64,000 bases of DNA from an uncultured Bacteroidaceae bacterium (GTDB taxonomy: Bacteria; Bacteroidota; Bacteroidia; Bacteroidales; SM23-62), in the NCBI GenBank assembly GCA_964574985.1, contig CAZNPH010000017.1:11923-75922 (forward strand), read 5' to 3'. The stretch's first letter is position 1. Each line of letters begins with the position of its first letter. This document shows positions 39,711-49,564 of this stretch, in pieces. A model generated the notes under the pieces. The model was not told the DNA's origin, did no database searches, and saw only the letters and a program-made list of their open reading frames with translations. Position numbers and translations under genes: made by a program.

Positions 39711-40346
39711 ATGCTGCATGAATCCATGAAGCGCATCCGTATATATCGCATCAGGCTTGCACCGCTGCTGATCCTTTTGGTTTTGTCCCTGACAAGTATT
39801 TGCATTATGGGTTCCGCACTGTCAAAGTCCGGGCATGCATTTCTGATGGGAGCAATGGTTGAACATGGCACTGTACAAAAATATCTGGATGAAAAGTGTG
39901 ATTCGGAAAATTACAGGTTATGTGCGTACAAGGATTCCCTGCCGGAAAAGGCATGGCAATTTGTGTGGGATGAAGACAGTCCGTTTTACAAGACCGGGGG
40001 ATGGAAAGGAACCAGGCAGGAATTCAATGAGATCATCACCGGGACCCTGACATCACCAAAATATCTCCTCCTTCACATCCGGGAGTCTGCCAAAGCAACA
40101 CTGCAACAGCTTACCAGGTTTGAGATCGGGGACGGAAGCGGTGTTTTTCTCCATGGGGCACTTCTGCATAAAAGGATCGGTACATACTTTCCCCGGGAAT
40201 TACCACAGTATGAAAAGTCCCTGCAGAATCAGAACAGGTTGTTTTTCACCGGATCATTCAATATCCTGCAAACAGTCATTGTGGTTGTTTCGGTGGCCGG
40301 ACTCGCAATGTTGTTTCTTATCAGAAAAAAATTTACCAGGATATGA
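39711..40346 (+). pseudogene. Internal fragment of a membrane protein
   Basis: TM helix, YLDEKC..YRLC loop, FVWDEDSPF, TM helix. Looks like the central/C-terminal part of a longer polytopic protein. Confidence 0.4.
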
Positions 40347-40621
40347 AAAAACATCCCTTGTGTGGCTTTCGTGTACCTGTTTATCCCGGGCAATGAAAAA
40401 CCATCCGGGAAAATCAAGGATCAATTCAGGTGATAGCCCTGGCTGTTCATTTCAGCAGACAGGAAGATTTTGTGTTGATCCTGATCCAGGGGATAATCCC
40501 AGCATCCCATCCTGTGAAAAAGCCGCCCCCCGAAACCTGCCTTGAATTTATACAGTCCGTATAGCGGATGTGCAGGAATGGCAAAACAAACAAAAATATG
40601 ATCAGATTAAAAATTTCAGAT

Positions 40622-40629
40622 TAGATTTG
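40622..40629 (+). promoter_or_regulatory. Bacteroidota -7 promoter element
   Basis: TAGATTTG ends 8 nt before the RimK-family ATG. Confidence 0.5.
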
Positions 40630-40637
40630 TATAAGAT

Positions 40638-41546
40638 ATGCTCGGATGGTTGCTATATAAAGATTCAGGGGATCTGGTACGGAAGGAAGTATATGAGATC
40701 AAGCGGTTCATCGATGCTGCTGCGGATCATGACATTGAATTGCTGATACTGAGTCCCGAACAGATTGATATCATCGTGACCCGGGAAGACAGGAAAAGTA
40801 TTCTGGTCGATGGTGTGCCTACCGCATTGCCGGATTTTATCCTGCCCAGGATGGGAGCAAATACAACATACTTTGCCCTTGCAGTCATCCGGCACCTTGA
40901 AAGACTTGGTGTTTATTCGGTGAACAGTTCCCAGGGCATCGATACGGTGAAGGACAAACTTTTTACATTGCAGATCCTGGCGGAGTCGAACTTTCCCATA
41001 CCCAAAACGATTCTGTTGAAATTCCCCGCCGGACCGGATATTGTGGAAAAGCATCTGAAATTTCCGGTAATCGTGAAAACCTTGTCCGGTTCCCAGGGCA
41101 GCGGTGTTTTTTTAAGCACCGAAAAAAATTCCTTTGATGATCTCTTGCACCTGATACATGCCACCAATAAGACCGCCAACATCATTCTTCAGGAATTCAT
41201 CGAAACAAGCAAAGGCAGGGATTTGCGTGTTCTTACCATCGGAGGAAGGGTATTGGCGGCCATGGAAAGAGTAGCCCGGAACGGGAGTTTTAAAGCAAAT
41301 TACAGCATCGGCGGGGAAGTCATTACATATGAGATTACTCCGGAAATCGAATGGTTGGTACTGGAGGTATCCAGGATACTGAATCTTGATGTTGCAGGCA
41401 TCGACTTGCTGTTTGACAGGCAAGGATTCAAGATATGTGAAGTGAATTCTTCCCCGGGTTTTGAAGGAATGGAAAAGTGCAATGATATAAATGTCGCCGA
41501 TGAGATATTCCGGTTTGTAAAAATGAAACTGGGACAGTTTTCATGA
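40638..41546 (+). CDS. rimK: RimK-family alpha-L-glutamate ligase (ATP-grasp)
   Basis: PRMG, KDK, PKT, FPVIVK..GSQG.GV, QEFI..KGRDLRV, FKAN..GG, AGIDLL and CEVNSSPGFEG. Confidence 0.85.
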   Translation: MLGWLLYKDSGDLVRKEVYEIKRFIDAAADHDIELLILSPEQIDIIVTREDRKSILVDGVPTALPDFILPRMGANTTYFALAVIRHLERLGVYSVNSSQGIDTVKDKLFTLQILAESNFPIPKTILLKFPAGPDIVEKHLKFPVIVKTLSGSQGSGVFLSTEKNSFDDLLHLIHATNKTANIILQEFIETSKGRDLRVLTIGGRVLAAMERVARNGSFKANYSIGGEVITYEITPEIEWLVLEVSRILNLDVAGIDLLFDRQGFKICEVNSSPGFEGMEKCNDINVADEIFRFVKMKLGQFS

Positions 41547-41596
41547 AATGAGCTCCGGCTGCAAAGGCCACCAGGGGCATCTTGCGCACGGGAGGG

Positions 41597-43954
41597 TCAG
41601 TCACCGAGTCTGAACCCTTCGTTGTCACCGGTTTCATACAAAAGATGGTATGAAGAATTGTATGATTCCCGGCCCCTGACCTCAAGGCTCACGGTCATGA
41701 CCTGTTTGTCGAGTCCGGCCGGTAGCCGGGTTTGCACCAGGGGGCCGTGATGGTTGGTGTTGGGTTCGAGATCGGGAAATTCCCATGTCATCAGTTTTTC
41801 CTTCCCGGCGGCGGTGGTCAGGTATACATCCACGGTCTGGCCGGCTACCTTTGCATAATGATCGTTCAGGATATAACAGTCTATCTCCAGCTTTTCTCCG
41901 GGCTCCCAGGTGAATTTTCTGAATGATGCGCTGGCCAGGACCGGGCGGCATGAAGCCGCGACGGCATAAAAAGCAGGTTTGGTTTTGGAAGGGTAGGCGA
42001 CCAGACTGTTATTGACCGCTGTGGGCCACGGCTCATTGTAACACCAGTTGACAGCCATTGAACAATAGGGTTTCTGCTGGCGGGCCGTTTCAAATATGCA
42101 CTTGTAGCCGGCACATTGCAGGAACTGGCTCCTTTTGACAAGCGCTTCAAGGCTTGGGGCCTTGCCGAAGTATTTTTCCAGGGTGGGTAGTTCCAGCCAG
42201 GAATCCTCCATCCATGCACCGAATGCGTGATGGGTTTCCCAGGCGGTTCCCCGTTTTGGAGGGAAAAGTTCTTTTTCGGGGATCACCTCTTTCAGGGTTT
42301 CCACGGATGCCGATCCGGGCATGCCGAATTCGGTGTACGCGGTTTTATCTGCCATGCGCATGACCTGAAATACCTCCTCTCCTGTACCATGGTCGTAAAA
42401 AATATAATGCCCGTGCCCCACACCCATGACCGGCGATGTGGGGATAAAGGGAGTGTTAGGGTCAAGCCGGTAACAGAGGCTGTTCAGCAGCCGGAGGGGA
42501 AGGGACTGATCGGTCATCAGGGACCATTTGTTGAACAGTTCGTTTCCCCCGCTCCAGAGGGCCAGGGATGGATGTTGTTTTACACGGTGTATGATGGACC
42601 GGGCTTCCTGCTCCAGGATCTTGAGATACCGGGGATCATCCGGATAGGGGTTACATGCCAGTGGGAATTCCTGCCAGACCATGATGCCCAGGGAATCGCA
42701 CAATTCAAAAAAAGATTCCTTGTTGGTGATCCCGCCTCCCCAGATCCTGAGAATGTTGAAGTTTGCTTCTTTGGCAAGGAGAAGCTGTTCACGGTAGCGC
42801 GCCCTGTCAATTGTCCCCGCGAATATTTCGGGGTGCACCCAGTTGCTTCCCTTGGCAAAGATCCGCCTGCCGTTGATCTCAATGGTGAAAGGCGGAACGC
42901 TTCTGGTTTTGGGATATTCCGAAGGTTCATCCCATGCCCCTTCGTTCATGACCAGTCTGATACGGCGGAATCCCGTCTTTTTTTCCACTTTGTCCGGTAT
43001 TTTGCCTTTTTCATTGATCAGTGTCAGAGTGGAACTATACAGGACTGGTGTTCCGTGGTCATGTGGCCACCACAGCTCAACATTTGGAATGGTGGCCGGC
43101 AGGGTCATCTCTGCCGATGCTTCGCCTTTCATGTCCAGGACCTTGTTTCCGTCCGGACCGGTCATTTCCCACTGGTACACCATGCCCGCGGGATGGCTGA
43201 CCTGCAGTGTATATTCCAGATCAGCCGAAGAAAGATCTTCCGAAAGGGTATAATTCAACTCTTCAAAGATGATCATGGTTGCCGGCCGCACGGCCAGATA
43301 TGTTTCGTCCCAGATGCCAACGGGTACCAGGCGGGGATGCCAGTCCCAGCCATAGGGAACGGCCGGTTTGGCCGAATTGCGTGCCTGCCTTTTGCCGGGT
43401 TTTTCCGAAGGTGCCTTGGGGATGGGATGGATCAGCACTTCCAGGATATTCTCTTCATTCAGGTGATCATCAAGGATGAGGTCGACCGGTGTGAACATGC
43501 CTTCCTGACGGTGCAGCACCTGGCCGTTCAAAATGATCTCGAATTCATAATCGATCCCTTTTGATATAAAATGCAAATGATGGCCGGCAGGTATCTCCGG
43601 TTTCATGAATTCGGTCCGGTAGCGCCAGAACTTGTCTTCCAGGAAATGATAATCCCTGAAATGGTCATCAATGTAATAAGGTGGCAGATTCTCGCCTTTC
43701 ATGTAGTCCAGCTGCACGGCACCGGGAACGGAAGCCTCGTAAAATTTGCCGGGCCGGTCATTCCGGTTGTCTGCATAGCCTGTTTTCCAGCGAAGGGGTA
43801 CGGTGTCTTGTTTTTTCATGGCGTGTAAGGGGATTGGGCCGGTTATGAAAAGGGCAATACAAAGGATCCGTGCTATGCCCTGTAAACGGATATTATGTAT
43901 GGTCTTCTGTCTCTGACCGGTGGTTCGCTGCCATAGCAGTGATGAAGGTTTCAT
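41597..43954 (-). CDS. GH2 beta-mannosidase-like enzyme
   Basis: ASVPG.V, GMF, YGWDWHPRL, LWWP, FAKGSNW, RIWGGG, WQEF, WSGGNE and TEFG. Confidence 0.88.
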   Translation of the reverse strand: MKPSSLLWQRTTGQRQKTIHNIRLQGIARILCIALFITGPIPLHAMKKQDTVPLRWKTGYADNRNDRPGKFYEASVPGAVQLDYMKGENLPPYYIDDHFRDYHFLEDKFWRYRTEFMKPEIPAGHHLHFISKGIDYEFEIILNGQVLHRQEGMFTPVDLILDDHLNEENILEVLIHPIPKAPSEKPGKRQARNSAKPAVPYGWDWHPRLVPVGIWDETYLAVRPATMIIFEELNYTLSEDLSSADLEYTLQVSHPAGMVYQWEMTGPDGNKVLDMKGEASAEMTLPATIPNVELWWPHDHGTPVLYSSTLTLINEKGKIPDKVEKKTGFRRIRLVMNEGAWDEPSEYPKTRSVPPFTIEINGRRIFAKGSNWVHPEIFAGTIDRARYREQLLLAKEANFNILRIWGGGITNKESFFELCDSLGIMVWQEFPLACNPYPDDPRYLKILEQEARSIIHRVKQHPSLALWSGGNELFNKWSLMTDQSLPLRLLNSLCYRLDPNTPFIPTSPVMGVGHGHYIFYDHGTGEEVFQVMRMADKTAYTEFGMPGSASVETLKEVIPEKELFPPKRGTAWETHHAFGAWMEDSWLELPTLEKYFGKAPSLEALVKRSQFLQCAGYKCIFETARQQKPYCSMAVNWCYNEPWPTAVNNSLVAYPSKTKPAFYAVAASCRPVLASASFRKFTWEPGEKLEIDCYILNDHYAKVAGQTVDVYLTTAAGKEKLMTWEFPDLEPNTNHHGPLVQTRLPAGLDKQVMTVSLEVRGRESYNSSYHLLYETGDNEGFRLGD

Positions 43955-43994
43955 TTTGAAGTGGTTGTTTATGGTTGTCGGAAATTTTGGAGGA

Positions 43995-44666
43995 TCAGTA
44001 ATCCCTGAATAAATTCAGTTGAAGCCCCAGTGAGAAGATCAGGGGCTGGTAATTCACAGGGGCGGCATCCTCATTCAACTGGAAGGATACGCCCATTTGG
44101 GAAATAAACCTGAGATTCCTGAAGCCCAGCCGGGCGGTCAGGACCGGCTCCAGAAAAACGCCTGTCCGGGAGGCGTCGTCCTGGGTCATATTCATGATGA
44201 CCAGTCTGGAGGCGAGCCCTGCGTCAAAGACTTTGGAGGTGATCCCGAAGCCGGGCTGGATAAAGAACTTGTTGTGATTTACATCGGCATAATCGCTCCA
44301 CAGCTCATTTTCATATTCAGATTGCAGGCTGCCGAACCCGTATCCGCCGAAGGCTTCGAAACGGGCATTGTAACCGATGCTGGTGAAATATCCGCCACCG
44401 ACCTCGATCAGATTGTGCCTGCTGTGGTAGTCCTCATCATCCTTGGTGTCCCGGAAGCTGCCGTTGGCCATGATCCCGAAATGATCGGTGACGGCATATG
44501 CCAGCTGGGGATCAATGCCGGAGGAGCCGGTGTAAATGGCTGCCTGCAATTCCCCCTTGTTGCTGAACATGGGGGTATTGGCAACGTTCGGTATGTACGC
44601 GGGAGCGCAGGAAGTACCCGCTGCAATAAGCGGCAAAACCAGAAAAAGTGAGATCTTGTTTCGCAT
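43995..44666 (-). CDS. Outer-membrane beta-barrel-like lipoprotein, unknown function
   Basis: Lipobox GTSC followed by alternating beta-strands (AYAVTDHFG, EAFGGYGFG, FIQP). Confidence 0.65.
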   Translation of the reverse strand: MRNKISLFLVLPLIAAGTSCAPAYIPNVANTPMFSNKGELQAAIYTGSSGIDPQLAYAVTDHFGIMANGSFRDTKDDEDYHSRHNLIEVGGGYFTSIGYNARFEAFGGYGFGSLQSEYENELWSDYADVNHNKFFIQPGFGITSKVFDAGLASRLVIMNMTQDDASRTGVFLEPVLTARLGFRNLRFISQMGVSFQLNEDAAPVNYQPLIFSLGLQLNLFRDY

Positions 44667-44732
44667 GGCCGTATTTATGTGATTATTTAAAAGCAATTGT
44701 GTGAGACATCCCAAAATACATATTTTTTCGGT

Positions 44733-45494
44733 TCATTCATAGAGATCTTCCCGGTTGGTTTCTGCAATGCCCCGTATGAGCCGGGCCAGTTTCCCGGCAA
44801 CCACCCTGAAATATTTCTCCCCTTTTTCCGCGGTGGCCTTTTTGGGATAACCCGCGCCGGTATCCAGGGTGACCCGGGACCATTTTCTTTCCGCCCATGC
44901 CCATTTTTCGTTCAGATCGGGTATGCTGAATTTCCTGGCTTTGCCGTCACCGGCTTCTTCAAGGGGCAGGACCAGGTCAGGTGCCAGGTACAGCATAAGT
45001 CCGGTTTCCATTTCATCGGCATGGTCTCCGGAAAATTCGAAGTAGTCCGTTCGTTCGACCGATTCATACCAGTTGCAGGTAAACAGCATCATGCCGGGGA
45101 ACTCCCGGCCGGTTTCCCTGATCATCTGACGGAAGTCGTTTCCGCCGTGACTGTTCAGGATCAGCAACTTGTAAATCCCGTGACCGTTCAGCGTGCATAC
45201 AATATCCCGCAATATAGAGGCCTGTGTGCCGGGCATCAGATTCAGGTCCAGCAGGATATCCGTTTGTCCGGTATTGACACCGATGGGAATGGTCGGGAGC
45301 ACGATGATGTCGATCCCGTGTTCCCAGACCCGGCGGGCGGCTTCGGCCGCAAAATGGTCCGATTCAATGTTGTCGGTCCCGAAGGGAAGGTGGAAATTAT
45401 GGGCTTCGGTGGCGCCCCAGGGAAGGATGGCCACGTTCACCTTCCGGTTGCGGAGGTTTTTCCAGTTGGTCTCGCTCAGGATATATGGTCTCAT
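44733..45494 (-). CDS. Creatininase/creatinine amidohydrolase family protein
   Basis: LPWGATEAHNFHLPFGTD, NSHGGN, HADEMET and ATAEKG. Confidence 0.9.
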   Translation of the reverse strand: MRPYILSETNWKNLRNRKVNVAILPWGATEAHNFHLPFGTDNIESDHFAAEAARRVWEHGIDIIVLPTIPIGVNTGQTDILLDLNLMPGTQASILRDIVCTLNGHGIYKLLILNSHGGNDFRQMIRETGREFPGMMLFTCNWYESVERTDYFEFSGDHADEMETGLMLYLAPDLVLPLEEAGDGKARKFSIPDLNEKWAWAERKWSRVTLDTGAGYPKKATAEKGEKYFRVVAGKLARLIRGIAETNREDLYE

Positions 45495-48373
45495 TCTATT
45501 GGTTGTTGAATTAATACCGGGTATGTTTCCATGGCTTCTCCTGTATATGTCAGTGTTTTATCAGTCCGCACCGTGATTCCTGTTCCGGTTCCGTGATTTT
45601 CCCTGACCACCACTATATGGAAACGGATCTCTTCGCTCATTCCCTCAAAGCTGCCGTTTCGTTCGCCCAAAACCAGTTTGTTTTCTGAATCTTTCCATTC
45701 AACGGGGATCAGTGAATATTCCCCTTTTTCATACTGATAACCGTCCCCCGCATCGTCATACAGGGTGAAATGGCCGTCTTTCCCCGGATATATCCGCAAT
45801 TCAATATCGTTGTTCTTTTCCATGGCGTGCCGGATCTTGTCGCCCATGGGAAGTATGGTCCCCTCGGGTACGAAAAGGGGTATGATATCCAGGGGTGCCG
45901 CTGCCGGATACGCATTTCCTCCGCCGTATCTTCTGCCCGTCCAGAAGTCATACCAGTCACCGGGACCGGGCAGGTATACCTGCAGGTTCTTGTTGCGGGG
46001 CAGGCGCATCCTTTGTTTCTGATCCGGCGTGATCCATTCCAGAAGAATATTGGCCTGGTCGGGCTCGGGCTGGTGATTGACCAGGGAGAAACTGTACAAT
46101 GTATAGGGCGCGAGGTCAGCGACTGTCCTGTACATGGTTTGTTTACCGTTTGCGGAAGCTTTCACCATGGTCTTTCCGTCGAACACGAAGTGCACCCCTC
46201 CGTTTGACCGGATCAGAAAAGTATATTTTCCGGGATCCTTTACCCTTATGGTGCCTGACCACCTGGCCGTGTAGGGATGGCCTTCCAGGACGGGGGGCAG
46301 GTCGCCGGACCAGGAAAGTTTGAGAACGTCCGATTTCCTTTCATATACGGAATTGCTCATGCCGGTGTCGGTGAAGAACTCGAGTTCTGCACCCTGCCGT
46401 TCACCTCCGGGTGAACGGATAAGGTAAGACGGGATGAATTCCTGGATCTGCTCATTTCTGTGGTAGAGCGCCCGGTTGACCGGACAAACCATGATGCCGG
46501 GCCCGAACATATACTGTGTGGGAAAATCATGAATGACGGGGTCTTCCGGAAAATCCATGACCAGACTGCGCATCATGGTGTAATCCCGGCCGGTGACCAT
46601 CCGGGCAAGCGAATAAATATAGGGCAGGAGCCGGTACCGGAGAACATCTGCCCTGAGCAATGCATCATAAAAGGGATCTCCGGGTTCGCCGAACTGCCAG
46701 ATCTCCCTGGGGATATCCGTTCCGTGGGCCCGGAACACAGGACAAAAGGCCCCGAACTGGAACCACCGGACATACAATTCTTTGTATGCGGGATCCCGGA
46801 GTGCATCCGGGTACCTGAGCCGTGTTATGAAGCCCCCGATATCGGATGTCCAGTAAGGGATCCCCGACATGCAGAAATTCAGTCCGGCCCTGACCTGCCG
46901 GTTGAAGGTTCCCCAGCTTGCGAATATGTCCCCTGACCAGGTGGTGGCTCCCCATGCCTGCTGACCGGAAAAGGCGGAGCGGGTCAGGATGAAGACTCTT
47001 TTGTCCTTGTTGATGATCCGCTGATGCTCGTAAATTCCTCGGGTTGAGTTCAAAGAGTAGGCGTTCAGATAGTTTTCAAGGTCCCCCGAATGGCAGGAAT
47101 CGTTCTCGAGGATGGATCCCGCGGTAATGAAACGGTCGCCGGTGCTCCTGAATTCAGGTTCCGTGCCGTCCATCCAGTAGGCATCCACCCCGATGTCATA
47201 CAATCCTTTTTTTACATATTCCCAGTACAGATCACGGGCAGCAGGATTCCAGGCATCATATACCCGGCTGCCTGACCAGTGGGGTTTCGGGAAAAGAAAT
47301 CCCAGCGAATCCATCTTCCGGTGAATTTCCGAACGGGGGCCGAATGCCGGCCAAATCACGGCCATAAAATGAAAATCCATTTTGTGCAGGGAATCGATCA
47401 TCCCTTTGGGATCGGGATAACGGACGCTGTCCCATTGCATGGCGTTGAATGCGCTTTGATCACCCCAGTAGCTCCAGTCCTGGACAATGTTGTCGATGGG
47501 GATCCCCCGCCGCCTGTATTCGGTGGCTGTTTCCAGCACTTCTTCCCGGGTGTGGTAGTGCTCCTTGCTTTGCCAGTACCCGTAGGCCCATTTGCCGAAC
47601 AAAGGGGGTTTGCCGGTGAGTGTGCGGTAGCCGGAAATGGCCTGGTCCATGGTTTTCCCGGCCACCAGAAAATACCGGATCCCTTTGCCCGGGGAAGAAG
47701 TAAATCCGATGGTGTCCCCGGATGAGGCAAATACCGTTTGTGCATAATTGTCCCAGAGTATCCCGTAGCCGGCCGTGCTGACCAGATAAGGATTCACCGC
47801 ATCCATGTTGGACTGGGAGACCAGCACCTCCCTGCCCCGGTAATTCATCACCGCGTCGTGATACTGGCCGAGTCCGTAATACCCTTCATCCGGTCCGGTG
47901 GTGAAGTGTTGACTGATCCTATCCGTATCTTCACCCGCGTTAGCTGTGGATATCAGCCAGTCCCCTTCCTTCAGGACGGTATTGTTTTCAGCATCTGTAA
48001 AAATAATCCGGCCCGTGGATTGGTTCATTTTGATTTTGAGGGCCCTGGTCTTTATGATGAGGGTGTCTGCCGACTCACCGGCCTGAAGGTCCACCGTCCT
48101 GGGCAGGGCAAGAATGGTCATGTTTTCGCGGTCATGGGAGGAACGGACCGGGATTTTGGAAACGGCTACGATATTGCTGTCATAAAAGGTGAAGCGGATC
48201 CGGGTTTTTTGACGGACCAGCTCAACGCCGTGTTCAAAGCGCTGAATTACAGGATCCCGGTTACAGGAATACAGGGCAAGGCCTGTCAGCAGGATCAGAA
48301 TCGCAGAACGTTTTTTCAACGGAAAATGTTTTGGTCCTATATCTGATATGCCTTCTGTAAAGCCAGGATTCAC
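45491..48373 (-). CDS. GH31 alpha-xylosidase-like enzyme with PA14 insertion and DUF5110
   Basis: YGLGQ, GYWQSKE, IVQDW, WMDGTEPE, LTRS, WSGDI, DIGGF and FRAHG. The PA14 segment (ARWSG..GKYTF..SNGG) sits inside the C-terminal region. Confidence 0.9.
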   Translation of the reverse strand: MNPGFTEGISDIGPKHFPLKKRSAILILLTGLALYSCNRDPVIQRFEHGVELVRQKTRIRFTFYDSNIVAVSKIPVRSSHDRENMTILALPRTVDLQAGESADTLIIKTRALKIKMNQSTGRIIFTDAENNTVLKEGDWLISTANAGEDTDRISQHFTTGPDEGYYGLGQYHDAVMNYRGREVLVSQSNMDAVNPYLVSTAGYGILWDNYAQTVFASSGDTIGFTSSPGKGIRYFLVAGKTMDQAISGYRTLTGKPPLFGKWAYGYWQSKEHYHTREEVLETATEYRRRGIPIDNIVQDWSYWGDQSAFNAMQWDSVRYPDPKGMIDSLHKMDFHFMAVIWPAFGPRSEIHRKMDSLGFLFPKPHWSGSRVYDAWNPAARDLYWEYVKKGLYDIGVDAYWMDGTEPEFRSTGDRFITAGSILENDSCHSGDLENYLNAYSLNSTRGIYEHQRIINKDKRVFILTRSAFSGQQAWGATTWSGDIFASWGTFNRQVRAGLNFCMSGIPYWTSDIGGFITRLRYPDALRDPAYKELYVRWFQFGAFCPVFRAHGTDIPREIWQFGEPGDPFYDALLRADVLRYRLLPYIYSLARMVTGRDYTMMRSLVMDFPEDPVIHDFPTQYMFGPGIMVCPVNRALYHRNEQIQEFIPSYLIRSPGGERQGAELEFFTDTGMSNSVYERKSDVLKLSWSGDLPPVLEGHPYTARWSGTIRVKDPGKYTFLIRSNGGVHFVFDGKTMVKASANGKQTMYRTVADLAPYTLYSFSLVNHQPEPDQANILLEWITPDQKQRMRLPRNKNLQVYLPGPGDWYDFWTGRRYGGGNAYPAAAPLDIIPLFVPEGTILPMGDKIRHAMEKNNDIELRIYPGKDGHFTLYDDAGDGYQYEKGEYSLIPVEWKDSENKLVLGERNGSFEGMSEEIRFHIVVVRENHGTGTGITVRTDKTLTYTGEAMETYPVLIQQPIE

Positions 48374-48408
48374 GCCGGTCCGGTTTTGAAAGCTCAGGCT
48401 GTATAGGC

Positions 48409-49533
48409 TCAGGCCGTGTAATATCTCCTTTTCCTGCGAATGTACAGGATGCTTATGACCACCACGGAGGCAAGGATGGTACCCACGGCGATGCCTCCTG
48501 TGACCAGGATCCGTGAATTGCTGAACATTCCGTCCCCGCCGGTCAGGTCTATGATCTCATCGTCGTTCAGGGCATATTCGCTGCTGTCGTTTGCCACTCC
48601 GGCGAATACGGGAAGGACGGTTGCTTCCTGATATCCTTCAATGGCCCTCGACCAGTTGGCCTGCAACAGCAGGTCGGTCCCCGGATTGGCCATCTTTACC
48701 TGGCAGGCACAGGGATTTATCAGGAACCGGATGATGTCTCCGATATTTTCCGCAGAGATATCATCTCCCGAGAGGGATGTCAGAACGCGCCCGCGTCCGA
48801 ATACCGGGAAAACCACGGGTTCCGTGTTGTCATATTCCCCGGCGGCCATGGCGGTCAGCATGGTCGTAAGGAATGATTCCTCTTTTTGATCCCGGGGCAG
48901 GGAAACTATGGAGAACAGATCGATACTATCGGCAAACGGCGTGGAACCCGGGTAGGCAAGATAGTCCTTTTTCAATGCCTCCCGGGTATTTTGGATATCC
49001 TGCCGAAAACGGGCCATGACCTCATGGTCACGTTCCCGGTTTCCTGAGGGAACGAATATCCAGGTGGCCACCTGCATTTTCAGAAGCTGCTCCCCGATGG
49101 CTTTCCTTTTTTCCGAATGGATGATGTTAGCGATGGTTTGATGATCGGCATATCCGGTCCAGAATGGCTTTGACTCCCCGAACTCATAGGGGAACCAGAT
49201 GGCCATTGCAGGCAATTTTCCGGGCAGTGTGCCTTTCAGGAGCTTTTTGATCTCTTCTTTCTTGCTGGTGATGTCCATCAGTTTGAGATTCAGGTTGAGC
49301 GGACCCTTTTTGGCGGTTACGGACGATTCGAACAGATCGATGATCCTGCCGACCTCTTCATTCTGCTGGCCGCTGTGGATCAATATGCCTTCGTAATAAT
49401 CCTGTACCCATCTTTCCATGGCATACTGGTAAACGGGTGTGGTACACCCGGCTGCCTGCCGCCCTGAAAATAACAGAAAACCTGCAGAGGCGAGCAGGGC
49501 CATGATCATGAATTGTATCTTTTTTCGCATCAT
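48409..49533 (-). CDS. Membrane-anchored exported hypothetical protein with a CxC motif
   Basis: Signal ending AAG|CTTPVYQYAMERW, then PVFGRGR and PCACQVK..NPGTDLL. C-terminal TM helix followed by RRKRR. Confidence 0.75.
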   Translation of the reverse strand: MMRKKIQFMIMALLASAGFLLFSGRQAAGCTTPVYQYAMERWVQDYYEGILIHSGQQNEEVGRIIDLFESSVTAKKGPLNLNLKLMDITSKKEEIKKLLKGTLPGKLPAMAIWFPYEFGESKPFWTGYADHQTIANIIHSEKRKAIGEQLLKMQVATWIFVPSGNRERDHEVMARFRQDIQNTREALKKDYLAYPGSTPFADSIDLFSIVSLPRDQKEESFLTTMLTAMAAGEYDNTEPVVFPVFGRGRVLTSLSGDDISAENIGDIIRFLINPCACQVKMANPGTDLLLQANWSRAIEGYQEATVLPVFAGVANDSSEYALNDDEIIDLTGGDGMFSNSRILVTGGIAVGTILASVVVISILYIRRKRRYYTA

Positions 49534-49564
49534 ACTTATAACAACCTCCGGATTTGATTATTGT

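Noticed and set aside
42227-43564. Long antisense ORFs (also 30414-31445, 49973-50914, 56266-57219, 58477-59505)
   Set aside because: They are shadow frames opposite well-supported genes and carry no motifs of their own.
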